DNA from: Candidatus Obscuribacterales bacterium
Lineage (GTDB): Bacteria > Cyanobacteriota > Vampirovibrionia > Obscuribacterales > Obscuribacteraceae
Assembly (NCBI GenBank): GCA_038322035.1
Contig: JBBQFO010000001.1
Location: 17,366-81,365 of the forward strand
Direction of reading: 5' to 3'
DNA: 64,000 nucleotides
This document shows, one piece after another, positions 10,641 to 20,766 of the stretch; positions within the stretch are counted from its first letter, which is position 1; each line of letters opens with the position of its first letter. A program made the translations under genes and the position numbers. The notes under the pieces are model-generated. The model saw nothing but the letters and a program-made list of their open reading frames with translations, made no database searches and was not told where the DNA came from.

Positions 10641-12905
10641 GTGGACAAAATGCCACTTAAATTCACATTAGCGCGTCAGGTTTACCTGCTGATTTGTATT
10701 CCTCTGGTGTTTCAAATCTGCTTTGTTCTGGCGCTCATAGTTTTGGTCAAAGAAGCAAATGAACAGGCTGCGATTCAGACTAAGTTGAAAGAAAAAATTG
10801 GCTTCCTGGAAGATTTATATTCCTTGCCTGTTCAGATGCGCACCGCTGGTAAAGCTTACGTTCTCAGCTTCAGCCAAAGCGATTTGGCCGAGATTGAAAA
10901 TGCTCGACAACAGATGCGCATCGATCTGGACAAGCTTTTGAAAATGACGGAGACCGTCCCCGCCCAACTTACTTTGATCAAAAGATTGGATCGCGATATT
11001 ACCGAAGGCTTGCGGCGAGTCGATGATTTTATAGCGCTCACTCAGGATGACAAAAATAACATCAACGAACGGTTCAATGAGTTGATGCAAGTGATGATTC
11101 CAGTGGAAATTGACGACGTTAAGTTGATTCGCAGCTTTGTCGCAGAGTTGAAAAATGAAGATAGCAAACGCCCGAACATTCAGAAATCTTTGAGCGATCA
11201 AGTCGTGATTCTTATTTTAATCGGAGTGTCTGCCAATGTTCTTGCAGACATCGCACTTGCAGTTTGGTTCAGCAATGGCACCGCTAAAAGATTGGGCATT
11301 CTTATGGACAATACCACCAAACTTGCGTTGGGCAAAGAACTGAATCCCCTTACGAAAGGCTCTGATGAAATTACGGATCTCGATCAAGTTTTCCATAACA
11401 TGACTGCTTTTCTGCGAGAAGCAGAGCAGAAGGAACGAGCCATGGTTGAAAATGCCGTTGATGTAATCTGTTCGCTGGACAGTGACGGAAAATTTCTCAG
11501 GGTCAGTCCAGCTGCAGCTACTGTTTGGCATGTAGATCCAGAGCAGTTGATTGGCCAGCGAGTTATTCAACTTTTTGCGCCAGAGCAACGCGAACAGTTT
11601 GTGCAAACTTTGAAATCGTTAGTTGATCGACCAAACAAATCTGAGTTCGAAAGTCTGATGCTTTTGCCGGATGGAACGACCCGACATATCTTGTGGTCTG
11701 TGCAGTGGTCGCGCGCAGAAAAGGCACTGTTTTGTGTCGCTCACGATATAACCGAACGCAAGAAAAACGAAGAGGCCCTGCGTGAATCTGAAGCACGAAT
11801 CCGATCGATTATCGAGACAATGCCTGTCGGTTTGATGTTGTTGGATCGCCTTGGCCAAATTGAATTGGTTAATCCGATGATGAGAAAGCTATTCCAACGT
11901 TATCGCTCTGATGCATTAGAAGGATCGCAATTGACTGATTTGTATTCCACGGGAATTGCGGAGAACCAAACTTCTACGGATCGATTGTCGGAATTGTTTG
12001 AAAAGGCGACTGGGCGGTTTCAGGAGGTGACAGCTAAGCGCGCCAACGGTTCTGAATTCCCTGCCGAAATTCTCGTCACGCCATTCGGGGGACCTAATTC
12101 TGGCAGGTTGCTCGGGATGATCATGGATGTCACAGAGCGCCATGAAATCGAACGATTCAAAAACGAATTTCTCGGTGTCGTCAGTCACGAATTGCGTAAC
12201 CCCCTGACAGCGATTCGCGGTTCGCTTAAGATGTTGATGGTTGGCGCTTTGGGACAACAAACAGAACAAGCTCAGAAAGCGATCACCATAGCTGAGCGAA
12301 GCGCAACGCGTTTGATTGGCCTCGTCAACGACTTGTTGGATGCTGAAAAGCTGGAAGCCGGGAAGCTCGATATGCAGTTTGAGTTGCGGCCGCTCTATCC
12401 AATTTTGGAGATGGGAGTTGAATCGGTAAAAGCGTTTGCTGACGACCACCAGGTAATAGTGCACTACGAGCAGACCGAAAGCCTTGTTTACGCCGACGAT
12501 CATCGTGTCGTTCAAGTTTTGATCAACTTGTTGTCTAACGCCATCAAGTATTCTCCGAAGGGATCGACTGTGCGCATTGATGTTGTTTCAAGAGGCGTGA
12601 TGGACGAGATTAGAATCAAAGATCAGGGACGCGGAATTCCTGCCTCTCATGTGAATTCACTTTTTCAGCGATTTAAGCAAGTAGAGCGAAGCGATGCGAC
12701 AACCAAAGGCGGTACGGGCCTAGGCCTCGTTATTTGCAAAGCAATCGTCGAACAACATATGGGCACGATTGGAGTGGAGAGTGAGCCGGGGCAAGGTAGT
12801 ACATTCTGGTTTACGTTGCCGAATCAAATTGCCTCGCACCAATCCGAGCAGTCGAGATTACTGGTAACATCTGGAGAAAGGCAAGGTCAACCTGAAATTT
12901 TGTAG
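10641..12905 (+). CDS. Sensor histidine kinase (TM-HAMP-like-PAS-PAS-HisKA-HATPase)
   Basis: TM 'VYLLICIPLVFQICFVLALIVLV' and a second TM 'VVILILIGVSANVLADIALAVWF'. Two PAS-like blocks end in 'HDITERKKNEE' and 'MDVTERHEIE'. H-box 'VSHELRNPLTAI'; '[10 protein letters not shown]','DQGRGI','GGTGLGLVICK'. ATG at 10650 is an alternative start. Confidence 0.9.
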   Translation: MDKMPLKFTLARQVYLLICIPLVFQICFVLALIVLVKEANEQAAIQTKLKEKIGFLEDLYSLPVQMRTAGKAYVLSFSQSDLAEIENARQQMRIDLDKLLKMTETVPAQLTLIKRLDRDITEGLRRVDDFIALTQDDKNNINERFNELMQVMIPVEIDDVKLIRSFVAELKNEDSKRPNIQKSLSDQVVILILIGVSANVLADIALAVWFSNGTAKRLGILMDNTTKLALGKELNPLTKGSDEITDLDQVFHNMTAFLREAEQKERAMVENAVDVICSLDSDGKFLRVSPAAATVWHVDPEQLIGQRVIQLFAPEQREQFVQTLKSLVDRPNKSEFESLMLLPDGTTRHILWSVQWSRAEKALFCVAHDITERKKNEEALRESEARIRSIIETMPVGLMLLDRLGQIELVNPMMRKLFQRYRSDALEGSQLTDLYSTGIAENQTSTDRLSELFEKATGRFQEVTAKRANGSEFPAEILVTPFGGPNSGRLLGMIMDVTERHEIERFKNEFLGVVSHELRNPLTAIRGSLKMLMVGALGQQTEQAQKAITIAERSATRLIGLVNDLLDAEKLEAGKLDMQFELRPLYPILEMGVESVKAFADDHQVIVHYEQTESLVYADDHRVVQVLINLLSNAIKYSPKGSTVRIDVVSRGVMDEIRIKDQGRGIPASHVNSLFQRFKQVERSDATTKGGTGLGLVICKAIVEQHMGTIGVESEPGQGSTFWFTLPNQIASHQSEQSRLLVTSGERQGQPEIL

Positions 12906-13034
12906 TGCTGTGTTTTGTGAAACAACACCGACAATTGAAGCGGCTACAGCCGTTGTGGTATCGCATATGGTGGCATTATCGGTAATTTTTTTTGCAGGGA
13001 GTTCGGGAATACGAGTTGGGCGCTCAAGAATGCA

Positions 13035-13065
13035 GGCTACCTACCGATAATTCCGGTAGGTAGCC
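13035..13065. terminator. Perfect 12-bp-stem hairpin between convergent genes (putative bidirectional terminator)
   Basis: GGCTACCTACCG-ataattc-CGGTAGGTAGCC lies between the stop of the kinase gene (12905) and the stop of the M16 gene (13110). No clean U-tract on either strand. Confidence 0.45.
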
Positions 13066-13109
13066 TAGCGGCTGGCTAAGATCTATCCAGCCTTAATTTG
13101 AACCAACAG

Positions 13110-15776
13110 CTACAAACTTCCGGCGACCACTGTCAACGCTTTGTCTGCACGGAAGTACTTGCCGATGGCGATGTTGACTTCTTCCTTCGTGACGGCGGCC
13201 AACTTCGACTGGTACGCGTCAATCGCGGCAAGACCGCGCTTTGAGTGCGCAAAGTTTGTGATTGTGGCGGCGATGCTCAGTGTGTTGTCGAGTTGCATAT
13301 CGAAGCTTGTGTTTAGCCCAATCTTTTCGCTCGCTAGTTCTGCTTCGCTGATGCCTTCGAGTACGAATGAGTTCACGACCATAGCGATAAGCGTGATTGC
13401 GCGTTCGACCTTGTCTCGGTTGGTCGTCATGCGCACAGTCCAAAGTGCGCCACCGAAGCTGGTGTCACCTAAGCCGCTACTGATGCCGTAGGTGAGTCCT
13501 TGTCTTTCGCGAACCTCCCTGCCCAATCTGGAGTTAAGCGTGTCGCCGCCAAGAGCTTTGTTGGCGATTACTGCCGCCAAGTAATCAGGGGCGGTCGTGA
13601 GCAGATCGATGGGGCACGCAAACAGTATCGTCAAGTTATCTTTGCCGTCGATTTGCACATTGATTCGGCGCGCCTGTTCTGGCGGCAAAACCGCCAAGAG
13701 TGGCTCAGCGCGAGAGACACCGCCAGTCCATGTGCCAAACTTCGACTTGATAAGTGTGAACATGGCAGCGCCATTGAATTTGCCAACCAGTGTCAGCACG
13801 GCGTCTTTTGGGCCATAGAAAGCCTGATGGAAAGCTCGTAGATCCGCTACTGTGACTGCCTGAATTTGGGACACCTTCTCCTCAACTGAGAGGGCATAGA
13901 ACGGGCTTTCCGGTGCATACACCGACTGCCGCAGGGCCGTTGCAGCGCGAGCATCGGGATTCTTCGCTGCCTCCGAGAGCGAGGCAAGCATATTTTTCTT
14001 GAGCAGTTCAAGCTCAGGCTCGCGGAAGAGAGGTTGCCGCAGCGTATCAGCCAGCAAATCGAGGAACTCGCCGAGCTTGGACGGCACCAGTGTGCTGCTC
14101 ACAGTTCGAAATGCGTCACTGCTGAATGCCAACCCTTGACCCATGCGTGTCGCCAAATTAGCGATCTGGGCTTTGCTGTATTTGGCTGATCCCTCAGTCA
14201 GCATTGCTGCCACCATAAATGCCACCATTCGATTCGAAGAATCACAGTGGCTGCCAGCGTTTAGGGCCAGGCTGACACCGACTGCCGCCGTAGTCGTGGG
14301 CAAGAGCATAATGGTGAAACCATTCGGCAGCACTAGTTTCTTCACATCATTCTCATAGCTGCTGGTCGCCGGCTGTGGAGTTAGGAGCAGCAAAGGTCTT
14401 TCGCTCACAGGGACTGCCTTGGGCACCACAAATAGTGGCTGCTGGATGGGCGCATGTTTGTCCGCACTCTGCTGTTCAGATGGCAAGAAATATCCCACTG
14501 TGCGATTGCTTGCCTTCAGGTATTTCGCCGCCACTGCGATAATGCTTTCTCTAGTGACGCGCTCGAAATTGGCGTCCCACTCTTCGCCCCACAGCCAGTC
14601 AGCGTTGGCCTCATGTGCACTGATGCTGAGCGCGAACTGGAGATTGTTGGCACGCAGTAAGATCGTGCCGTTTCGATTCAACTCCATAACCTGCTGCAAT
14701 TCTCGCTTGCTTACGAGCTTACGCGAGATGCGCTCCACTTCTTCGAGAAAGATCTTTTCGACAAGGCTGGGTTTTGTGCCCGGTGTCAACTTGGCGTAGA
14801 AAAGGAAAGCGCCAGGGTCGTGGCTCAACTGGCTGCCGCAGCCCGCTGCCGATGCCAGACCCTGATTCACTAGCTTGCGAAACAGACGGCTGGACTGGCC
14901 GCCTCCCAAAATCAAGGCGAGAGCTTGGAGCGCGTAAGAGTCTTCATGCTTTGCCTCTGGAACATGAAAGCCCAGCATGAGGCGCGGCAAATCTCCTGGT
15001 TTGTTAATCTGGAAGCGGCGCTCTCCGAATTGCTCCGGTTCTACAGTATACGGCTCGGGAATCGGTTGGGCCGAGGGCGGAATTTCGCCGTAGAGCTCGG
15101 CGATGTCTTTCAATACTGTCGCTGTGTCAAACCCACCGACAATGATCAGGGTCGTGTTGTTGGGGTGGTAATAGAGATCATAAAGCCGCTCCTTGAGCGC
15201 CTTCGCCGTCACTTTGATCACTTCCGAACGAGAGCCAATCGTCGATCCCTTATATGGATGCTCCGTGAACATCGTCGCCATCAGCAACTTTTGTAGCACA
15301 CGGTCAGGATTGTTCTCGCCTATATCGAACTCATCTAAAACCACTGGCATCTCAGTGCGCAGGTCGTCGTCAGTGAGATTGACATTGCGAAGCCGATTGG
15401 CCTCATAAGCCAGGTATTGCCGCAAGAAGGCAGACGGCACCACAGCGTAGTAGTTGGTGCGATCCGCTGAAGTGGTGGCATTGTAATTACCACCCATCAG
15501 TTTCATAAACTGGACGTAACTGTTTCCCAGTGCCTGCTTGTATATATCGGTGTCTTTGAAGTTCTCGTGTTCAAGCAGGTGAGAGTAGCCCGTGTTGCCA
15601 GCACCTTCGTGGCGGGAGCCGACGCGAATGTGCTGAACAACTGCCGCCACTCGTGCGCTTGGGTCGACTGCAAGAATGATTCTCAGCGAATTAGAATTGA
15701 GCCTGAATTCGCATATACCGGCATGCTTTCTGACGAACGTGATACCAAATCTTCGGTGAGACACTTTGGCTGGCAT
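13110..15776 (-). CDS. Fused two-unit M16 (pitrilysin/insulinase) family zinc peptidase
   Basis: Inverted zinc motif HxxEH in 'GYSHLLEHENFK'. The ~888-aa length corresponds to two tandem M16 units (PqqL-like architecture). ATG at 15776 has GGAGGG 4 nt upstream. The longer ORF-track start (15983) overlaps the upstream ABC gene. Confidence 0.85.
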   Translation of the reverse strand: MPAKVSHRRFGITFVRKHAGICEFRLNSNSLRIILAVDPSARVAAVVQHIRVGSRHEGAGNTGYSHLLEHENFKDTDIYKQALGNSYVQFMKLMGGNYNATTSADRTNYYAVVPSAFLRQYLAYEANRLRNVNLTDDDLRTEMPVVLDEFDIGENNPDRVLQKLLMATMFTEHPYKGSTIGSRSEVIKVTAKALKERLYDLYYHPNNTTLIIVGGFDTATVLKDIAELYGEIPPSAQPIPEPYTVEPEQFGERRFQINKPGDLPRLMLGFHVPEAKHEDSYALQALALILGGGQSSRLFRKLVNQGLASAAGCGSQLSHDPGAFLFYAKLTPGTKPSLVEKIFLEEVERISRKLVSKRELQQVMELNRNGTILLRANNLQFALSISAHEANADWLWGEEWDANFERVTRESIIAVAAKYLKASNRTVGYFLPSEQQSADKHAPIQQPLFVVPKAVPVSERPLLLLTPQPATSSYENDVKKLVLPNGFTIMLLPTTTAAVGVSLALNAGSHCDSSNRMVAFMVAAMLTEGSAKYSKAQIANLATRMGQGLAFSSDAFRTVSSTLVPSKLGEFLDLLADTLRQPLFREPELELLKKNMLASLSEAAKNPDARAATALRQSVYAPESPFYALSVEEKVSQIQAVTVADLRAFHQAFYGPKDAVLTLVGKFNGAAMFTLIKSKFGTWTGGVSRAEPLLAVLPPEQARRINVQIDGKDNLTILFACPIDLLTTAPDYLAAVIANKALGGDTLNSRLGREVRERQGLTYGISSGLGDTSFGGALWTVRMTTNRDKVERAITLIAMVVNSFVLEGISEAELASEKIGLNTSFDMQLDNTLSIAATITNFAHSKRGLAAIDAYQSKLAAVTKEEVNIAIGKYFRADKALTVVAGSL

Positions 15777-15839
15777 GTTGCCCTCCATGCATAAACTTTG
15801 AGCCGAGCTTGAGAAATGACAAAAAAACGATGGAACGAG

Positions 15840-15874
15840 AAAAAAACTGGTATCACCCTTGGTGGTGATACCAG
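15840..15874 (-). terminator. Rho-independent terminator after the ABC transporter gene
   Basis: On the minus strand the stem CTGGTATCACC/GGTGATACCAG (11 bp, 6-nt loop) is followed directly by TTTTTTT. Confidence 0.75.
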
Positions 15875-15924
15875 TTATAGTGGCATCCGCTAATCTTGCG
15901 GAGCCTTGGCGGTCTGGCAGGAGG

Positions 15925-18051
15925 CTAGGCGATTTCTGGGTGCCGCGCCTTGTAGAACTCGGCTGGGTAAGTCTCCCAGCCACCGTTTCCGTTTAGCTGC
16001 AAAACCGTAGTGTGGAAAGGCACCAGCGTCGGTCGGTGACCGACACTAATGACTGTCGCGCCTGTGTTCTTGATGATTTCGTACATAGCGCGTTCGTTGG
16101 CAGTGTCCAGAGCAGAGGTCGCTTCATCGAGCATGATCAGCATCGGCTTGTTCGCCTTGCCGATTGCTAGCCAAGCACGCGCGAACGCCAGGCGTTGCTG
16201 CTCGCCCAAACTGAGAACCGTTGACCAGTTGGTAACAGCATCAAATCCACCTTCGAACCGATCGGGCAGATCAGCTAAGTTGAACTTGGCGAGCACGGCG
16301 CGGGCGGCACTATCAGTCAATTTGGTTGTGTGTCCGTACTCCAGTTGGTGACGCAGATTTCCCAGCGGCATGTATGGTTTCTGGGGCAACGTTAAGACGT
16401 TGTCGGCGTCTGGGGAAATGATTTTGCCGCTGCCACCTGTCCAAAGTTCAGCGATGGTGCGGATTAGTGAAGATTTGCCAACTCCGCTTGATCCGACTAC
16501 CAGTGTGCTCGACCCTTCCTGCGCTAAGAAATTGAGGTCTTTGACGAGCGTTTGTGCTCCGTCAGGCGTTGTTATCGTCCCTTTGGTAATCTCAACGGCA
16601 GCGTTGGTCACATGAGCAAATGAGATTTGCCCGACGGTGTAGGAGTCCGCATCCAACTTCTCGGTGAACGGATACAGACGATCGATGTTGGCTTTGAAGC
16701 TTGCCAATCCTTTGATGTTATCGACCACGATGGTCAGACTTCCCAGCACTGCAGAGAAAGCTGTGCTGGCCTGGATGAATTGCCCGAATTCGATCTTGCC
16801 GGCGAACCACAGGGTGGCTAGCACACCTGCAGGCACCAGGTTGATGAAGAAGCCGTAGGGTGTCGAGAAGAGTGAGAACAGGAAGTTAAGACCGATCACT
16901 CTTCGTATGTTTTGCCACGCTTCTTTGAAGGCGACGAGGACCTGGAATTTTTCTTGTTCCTCGCCGTGATAGAGCGCAATTTGCTCAGTGTTGTCACGCA
17001 CTCGCACGAGTGAGTAGCGGAAGTTCGCCTCCAATTTGGCTTGCAGGTAGTTGAGTATTGAGAACTGGCGTCCGAAGAGCAGCGAGATCGCTGTGCCTAT
17101 GCCGGCGTAGACGATCGCGGCTAGTACCAGTACTGGTGCGATCAAATAGAGAATGGCTGCGTAGGTGAACAGTGTCGCTGTCGCATCGATGACTGCCATG
17201 AATATACTTAAGGCTGCACTGGGGAAGGCATCGGCATCGTTGGTGAGTCGTTCATCAACGTTGTCGACTTGTTGTGCTTCGTTGACGAGCCGGTAGTAGT
17301 TGTGATTCGCCATGAACTTGCCAACCAGTGTGTTGGTTAGCCAAATTCGCCATGAGAGTGTCAGGCGTGATTTGATCCAGGCGTAGAATACGATTATCGG
17401 AGTGGCAACGAGCAGAACGGTTGCGTAGCGCGAGAAGTTTAGCCAGAATACTGGCTCATTTTTACTTTGCAGTGCTTCGTAGAAGTCCCTGCCCGTGAAT
17501 GAAATTACCACGTTCAGGTAGTTCACCGCGGCTAAGCCGATGAGCAAGAATGCGATGAAAGCTCCGGCTTTCCATCTTGTTTCCTTGGAAGTCCAATAAC
17601 CGGCACCGATTTTCCACACGGCAGTCTTTGACACCCGGCGAATTATGTAACGCCCGATTAGGAAGATCGGTATCCAGAGCAGAAATGGTGAGCCAAGCAT
17701 AACGAGGAGCCATGCCGGTTCCCCTAGCGCCGGGGAAACTTGATGGACCACGTAAGCGGCCACGTCGTTCAGCAACCCATGTTCGATGTTGGCCCAATTT
17801 CCCACAGCAAGAGTGGCGATAATCGAGATGCCGATGAAAATCCATTTGGCCCAACGCTCGACGAATGCTTGGAATTTAGCGAAGAGCCGTCGAGCCGGTT
17901 GCTCCGCCTTGCCAACAAACCAAGCTAGCGGTGATTTTGCTTTTGCTGCGATCCACAGTGCGATTGCTTTGGCGACCCTGAATGGGAACGTAATGACAGC
18001 GATGAGCGCGGTCAGTAACCACGTCAACGACGCCTTCAACAAGTGTTTCAT
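15925..18051 (-). CDS. ABC transporter, fused permease/ATPase of the ABCD (SbmA/BacA-like) type with extra N-terminal membrane region
   Basis: Walker A 'GSSGVGKSS', signature 'LSLGEQQR', Walker B 'LIMLDEATSALD'. The TMD-NBD linker 'EANFRYSLVRVRDNTEQIALYHGEEQE' matches the ABCD/BacA hallmark. About 150 additional N-terminal aa carry 3-4 hydrophobic helices. GGAGAG precedes the ATG. Confidence 0.85.
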   Translation of the reverse strand: MKHLLKASLTWLLTALIAVITFPFRVAKAIALWIAAKAKSPLAWFVGKAEQPARRLFAKFQAFVERWAKWIFIGISIIATLAVGNWANIEHGLLNDVAAYVVHQVSPALGEPAWLLVMLGSPFLLWIPIFLIGRYIIRRVSKTAVWKIGAGYWTSKETRWKAGAFIAFLLIGLAAVNYLNVVISFTGRDFYEALQSKNEPVFWLNFSRYATVLLVATPIIVFYAWIKSRLTLSWRIWLTNTLVGKFMANHNYYRLVNEAQQVDNVDERLTNDADAFPSAALSIFMAVIDATATLFTYAAILYLIAPVLVLAAIVYAGIGTAISLLFGRQFSILNYLQAKLEANFRYSLVRVRDNTEQIALYHGEEQEKFQVLVAFKEAWQNIRRVIGLNFLFSLFSTPYGFFINLVPAGVLATLWFAGKIEFGQFIQASTAFSAVLGSLTIVVDNIKGLASFKANIDRLYPFTEKLDADSYTVGQISFAHVTNAAVEITKGTITTPDGAQTLVKDLNFLAQEGSSTLVVGSSGVGKSSLIRTIAELWTGGSGKIISPDADNVLTLPQKPYMPLGNLRHQLEYGHTTKLTDSAARAVLAKFNLADLPDRFEGGFDAVTNWSTVLSLGEQQRLAFARAWLAIGKANKPMLIMLDEATSALDTANERAMYEIIKNTGATVISVGHRPTLVPFHTTVLQLNGNGGWETYPAEFYKARHPEIA

Positions 18052-18092
18052 GTCACTCTCCTTGAAACTTTGAACCGATCAATGAATGAGAA

Positions 18093-18116
18093 GGTGGTAT
18101 CGCATGCGATACCACC
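18093..18116 (-). terminator. Palindromic hairpin terminator after the S41 peptidase gene
   Basis: Perfect 24-nt palindrome GGTGGTATCGCATGCGATACCACC. On the minus strand it is followed by TTCTCATTCATT. Confidence 0.55.
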
Positions 18117-18140
18117 TAGGCAAGCGAATCTGCTGCCGAA

Positions 18141-19601
18141 CTAGTGACCGGCCATCGCTGCGGCGACGTAACGCAGCGAGTTCTGAAGTTGAATGTCACC
18201 TTTATGACCACGAGGCTGGTAGATAAAAATGTTGGGCCGAATGCCGCGACCTTGCACATTAGAACCGTTCGGTGTGCGCAGTCCCTCAACTGTAATCTGT
18301 AAGAGTCCGCCAGTTGGAAGGGTCGCGTATGGTCCTGACTGCTGATCGTAGTCAACGTATCCTACGCCTTTGCCCCAAGTGGTGTTACCGATCAAGATCG
18401 CCCGGTGGTTGTCTTTGAAACCACCGGCGGTTACTTCTGCTGCCGAGGCGCTGTTTTCGTCAACTAACAGATACAGAGGCACGCGCTCAACGAACTTGGC
18501 AAATTCGCTTGGCTGACCGCCTGCAACGTCTGGCGCAACGACACTCAGTTGAGATGTGGTCAGCAGCCGGCCCTGACGTGTAAGCTGGGACATGACGATG
18601 CCCTTCTGCATGAACGCAGAGACGAAGCTTATCGCTTCGCTGCCGAGTCCGCCTGGGTTTCCGCGAAGGTCGATGACGAGCGCACTAAAGTGTTTGGGGG
18701 CAGATGCGTCGTACATATCCTTCAATTGCTTGACAAAGTCGTCCAGCAAATTGGGATCGTCGAAATTCGGGAAGCGAATGTAAGCGATTCCATGTGAGTC
18801 GAGGTGCGATTCGACTTCTGGTGTCGCAGCAGCGGCCGCAGTCAGTTCGATCTTTTCGGTGGTGCTTCCGTGTTGATCCACGATCGTCACTTTGGTGCCT
18901 TGCGCCTGCATCAGCAGCGCGTCCACTTGATCTTGGCTGGTTTTGTTTGTGATCTGGGTGCCTGCAATCGCCGTGATAATGTCTCCACGACGAATGTCAG
19001 CCGCCCACGCAACACTGCCCCATTCAACATACCAGACACGGTAGGCGTCGTTTTCCAGCTTCAACATCATGCCGAGATCAACGACATTAGCCTTAAACTG
19101 GTTGTAATTCTTGACTCGCTCTGCGTAGGGCGTATAACTCGTCCAATGATCGCCGATGCTGGCGACCATTTGCTGCAGCGCTGCTTCCAAGTCTTCAACT
19201 GTCTTGAGCTTGCCGTCGAATTTGTGTTCCCAGTCTCCCCAATGAGTCAGGGCTGCCGGGTTGTAGTAGGTTGCGCCGACCAGCTGCCAGATGTGCTCGT
19301 AAAAGTTCTCCAGTTGCGCTGGAGTAGGAGGAGTCTGAGCAGGTTGTGCAGTCGCTTCCGCAGTCGGCTCGGCTGTTGGCTCGGCAGTGGGTGCGCCAAT
19401 CGCTTCCACCCCGTTACGCAACTGAAGGCTTTCGCTCAAGGCAAAAAGCTGCAGATTCTCACGCGCCGAGGCCGGTAGCCATTGCGCCACATTGCCAGTT
19501 AAGTTGGTCGGCGCGGCAGTCGTTGCCGCACCACCGGCGGAACCAATGTTGCTGCCCATTACGAGCAGCAACAACAGTACGATACCTAGCTGTTTCTTCA
19601 C
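18141..19601 (-). CDS. S41 family C-terminal processing (tail-specific) peptidase with PDZ domain
   Basis: 'LVIDLRGNPGGL' and 'SASAAEVTAGGF...GNTTWGKG' (Ser/Lys dyad region). PDZ-like 'RRGDIITAIAGTQI'. GTG at 19601 with GGAG upstream yields the signal peptide 'VKKQLGIVLLLLLVMGS'. Low-complexity 'AEPTAEPTAEATAQP' linker. Confidence 0.85.
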   Translation of the reverse strand: MKKQLGIVLLLLLVMGSNIGSAGGAATTAAPTNLTGNVAQWLPASARENLQLFALSESLQLRNGVEAIGAPTAEPTAEPTAEATAQPAQTPPTPAQLENFYEHIWQLVGATYYNPAALTHWGDWEHKFDGKLKTVEDLEAALQQMVASIGDHWTSYTPYAERVKNYNQFKANVVDLGMMLKLENDAYRVWYVEWGSVAWAADIRRGDIITAIAGTQITNKTSQDQVDALLMQAQGTKVTIVDQHGSTTEKIELTAAAAATPEVESHLDSHGIAYIRFPNFDDPNLLDDFVKQLKDMYDASAPKHFSALVIDLRGNPGGLGSEAISFVSAFMQKGIVMSQLTRQGRLLTTSQLSVVAPDVAGGQPSEFAKFVERVPLYLLVDENSASAAEVTAGGFKDNHRAILIGNTTWGKGVGYVDYDQQSGPYATLPTGGLLQITVEGLRTPNGSNVQGRGIRPNIFIYQPRGHKGDIQLQNSLRYVAAAMAGH

Positions 19602-20766
19602 GATGTACTCCCTGTGAGCATATGCGCCCACATACAGTCAGTCAGAGATTGACCGACCGTTTAGAACGAACGAATCGCAAGCCAAAACAAGCAGTCCTGA
19701 TACGCAGATTTCGGCGCGTTGATCCTTTCTCTCAAGTGCGCCGAAAATTTCCAGCCAACTACTGCTTGCCTGTCAGCAAAACTAAATCAATAGTGATTTG
19801 AGAGCGGGTGGATTTATCGGTAGGTTTGATGACTGGAAAGGAGTTGGCGGCGGATTTGATCTAACGCTAACGATCTTAAGGTCTCCATAACAATATGGAA
19901 TGCTCGCTTCCGCCCCACTCTGAGAGAACATTAAGCGCCTGAAAAATGCAGCAATTCGCGGTCTACCGCAACTGCGCCCGAAATGATTTCAGTGCGCAAC
20001 ATCTATCTCCGCTCGCGACGTGCACCAGGGGCGATGCTAATAGTATCCCTTGTCTAGCTTGGCTAGATTTTCGTAGTGATCGGCTTCTAATTTTTCCATG
20101 CTCGTATAGCTGCGCGCGATTGTGTTTGCAGAACGATTCACACCAGTCGGGTTGAGGAGACCTGTCGAACTGGATTTGATACTGTCGATGGTGGCACTGC
20201 GGCTGAGAGTTCCAGTGTCTTGGCAATCAATTTGAGGCGTGATTTCTTTTTACCTCAAGATCGCTTTGACCGCTCGTGCGAAGTTTGCTGGTTATAAACT
20301 GGTATTTAACTATGTATCATTCTGAAGATGAGCGCTATTCGCGCTAGATTCTGCTCGTCGGTGATGTCCATTCTGTGCGAAATTGTCTCAGCAGTGTCCG
20401 TATTTCTTGACTGGCTGCGAGACATAGCGCTAACAAAGATTCTTAGATCAATCACTGAACAGACTTGTCTCGCCTGAATGATTTATTTAGATTGAAGTTA
20501 TTACTTTCATCCTCAATTCACCGCTGGCAACACCACCCATAAACACAATCCAAACTTAAAAACAAATCCCGGCTTAACTGAAACGGTTGCCATCAACAAC
20601 TGCAGTTCCGTTTGTTTTGTTCGGTACATGTCATCTCATCTGTCGATTCTTGCAGGCAGATGGCTGTTGCCTTGAAGTGCATTGATTCAAGCATGATTGA
20701 CGTTGTCAGAGATGCCTTATCGCACTCAGCGATTGTCTTGTTCAAAATAAGTGATTGGAGGTCAAA

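Noticed and set aside
15777-15983. N-terminal extension of the M16 peptidase ORF (957-aa version). Similar long starts exist for 48317..49954, 49843..51405, 18141..19631 and 44978..45322.
   Set aside because: The extensions overlap the neighbouring gene or a terminator and lack SD sequences. Internal ATG/GTG codons with good SD motifs give N-termini typical of the families.
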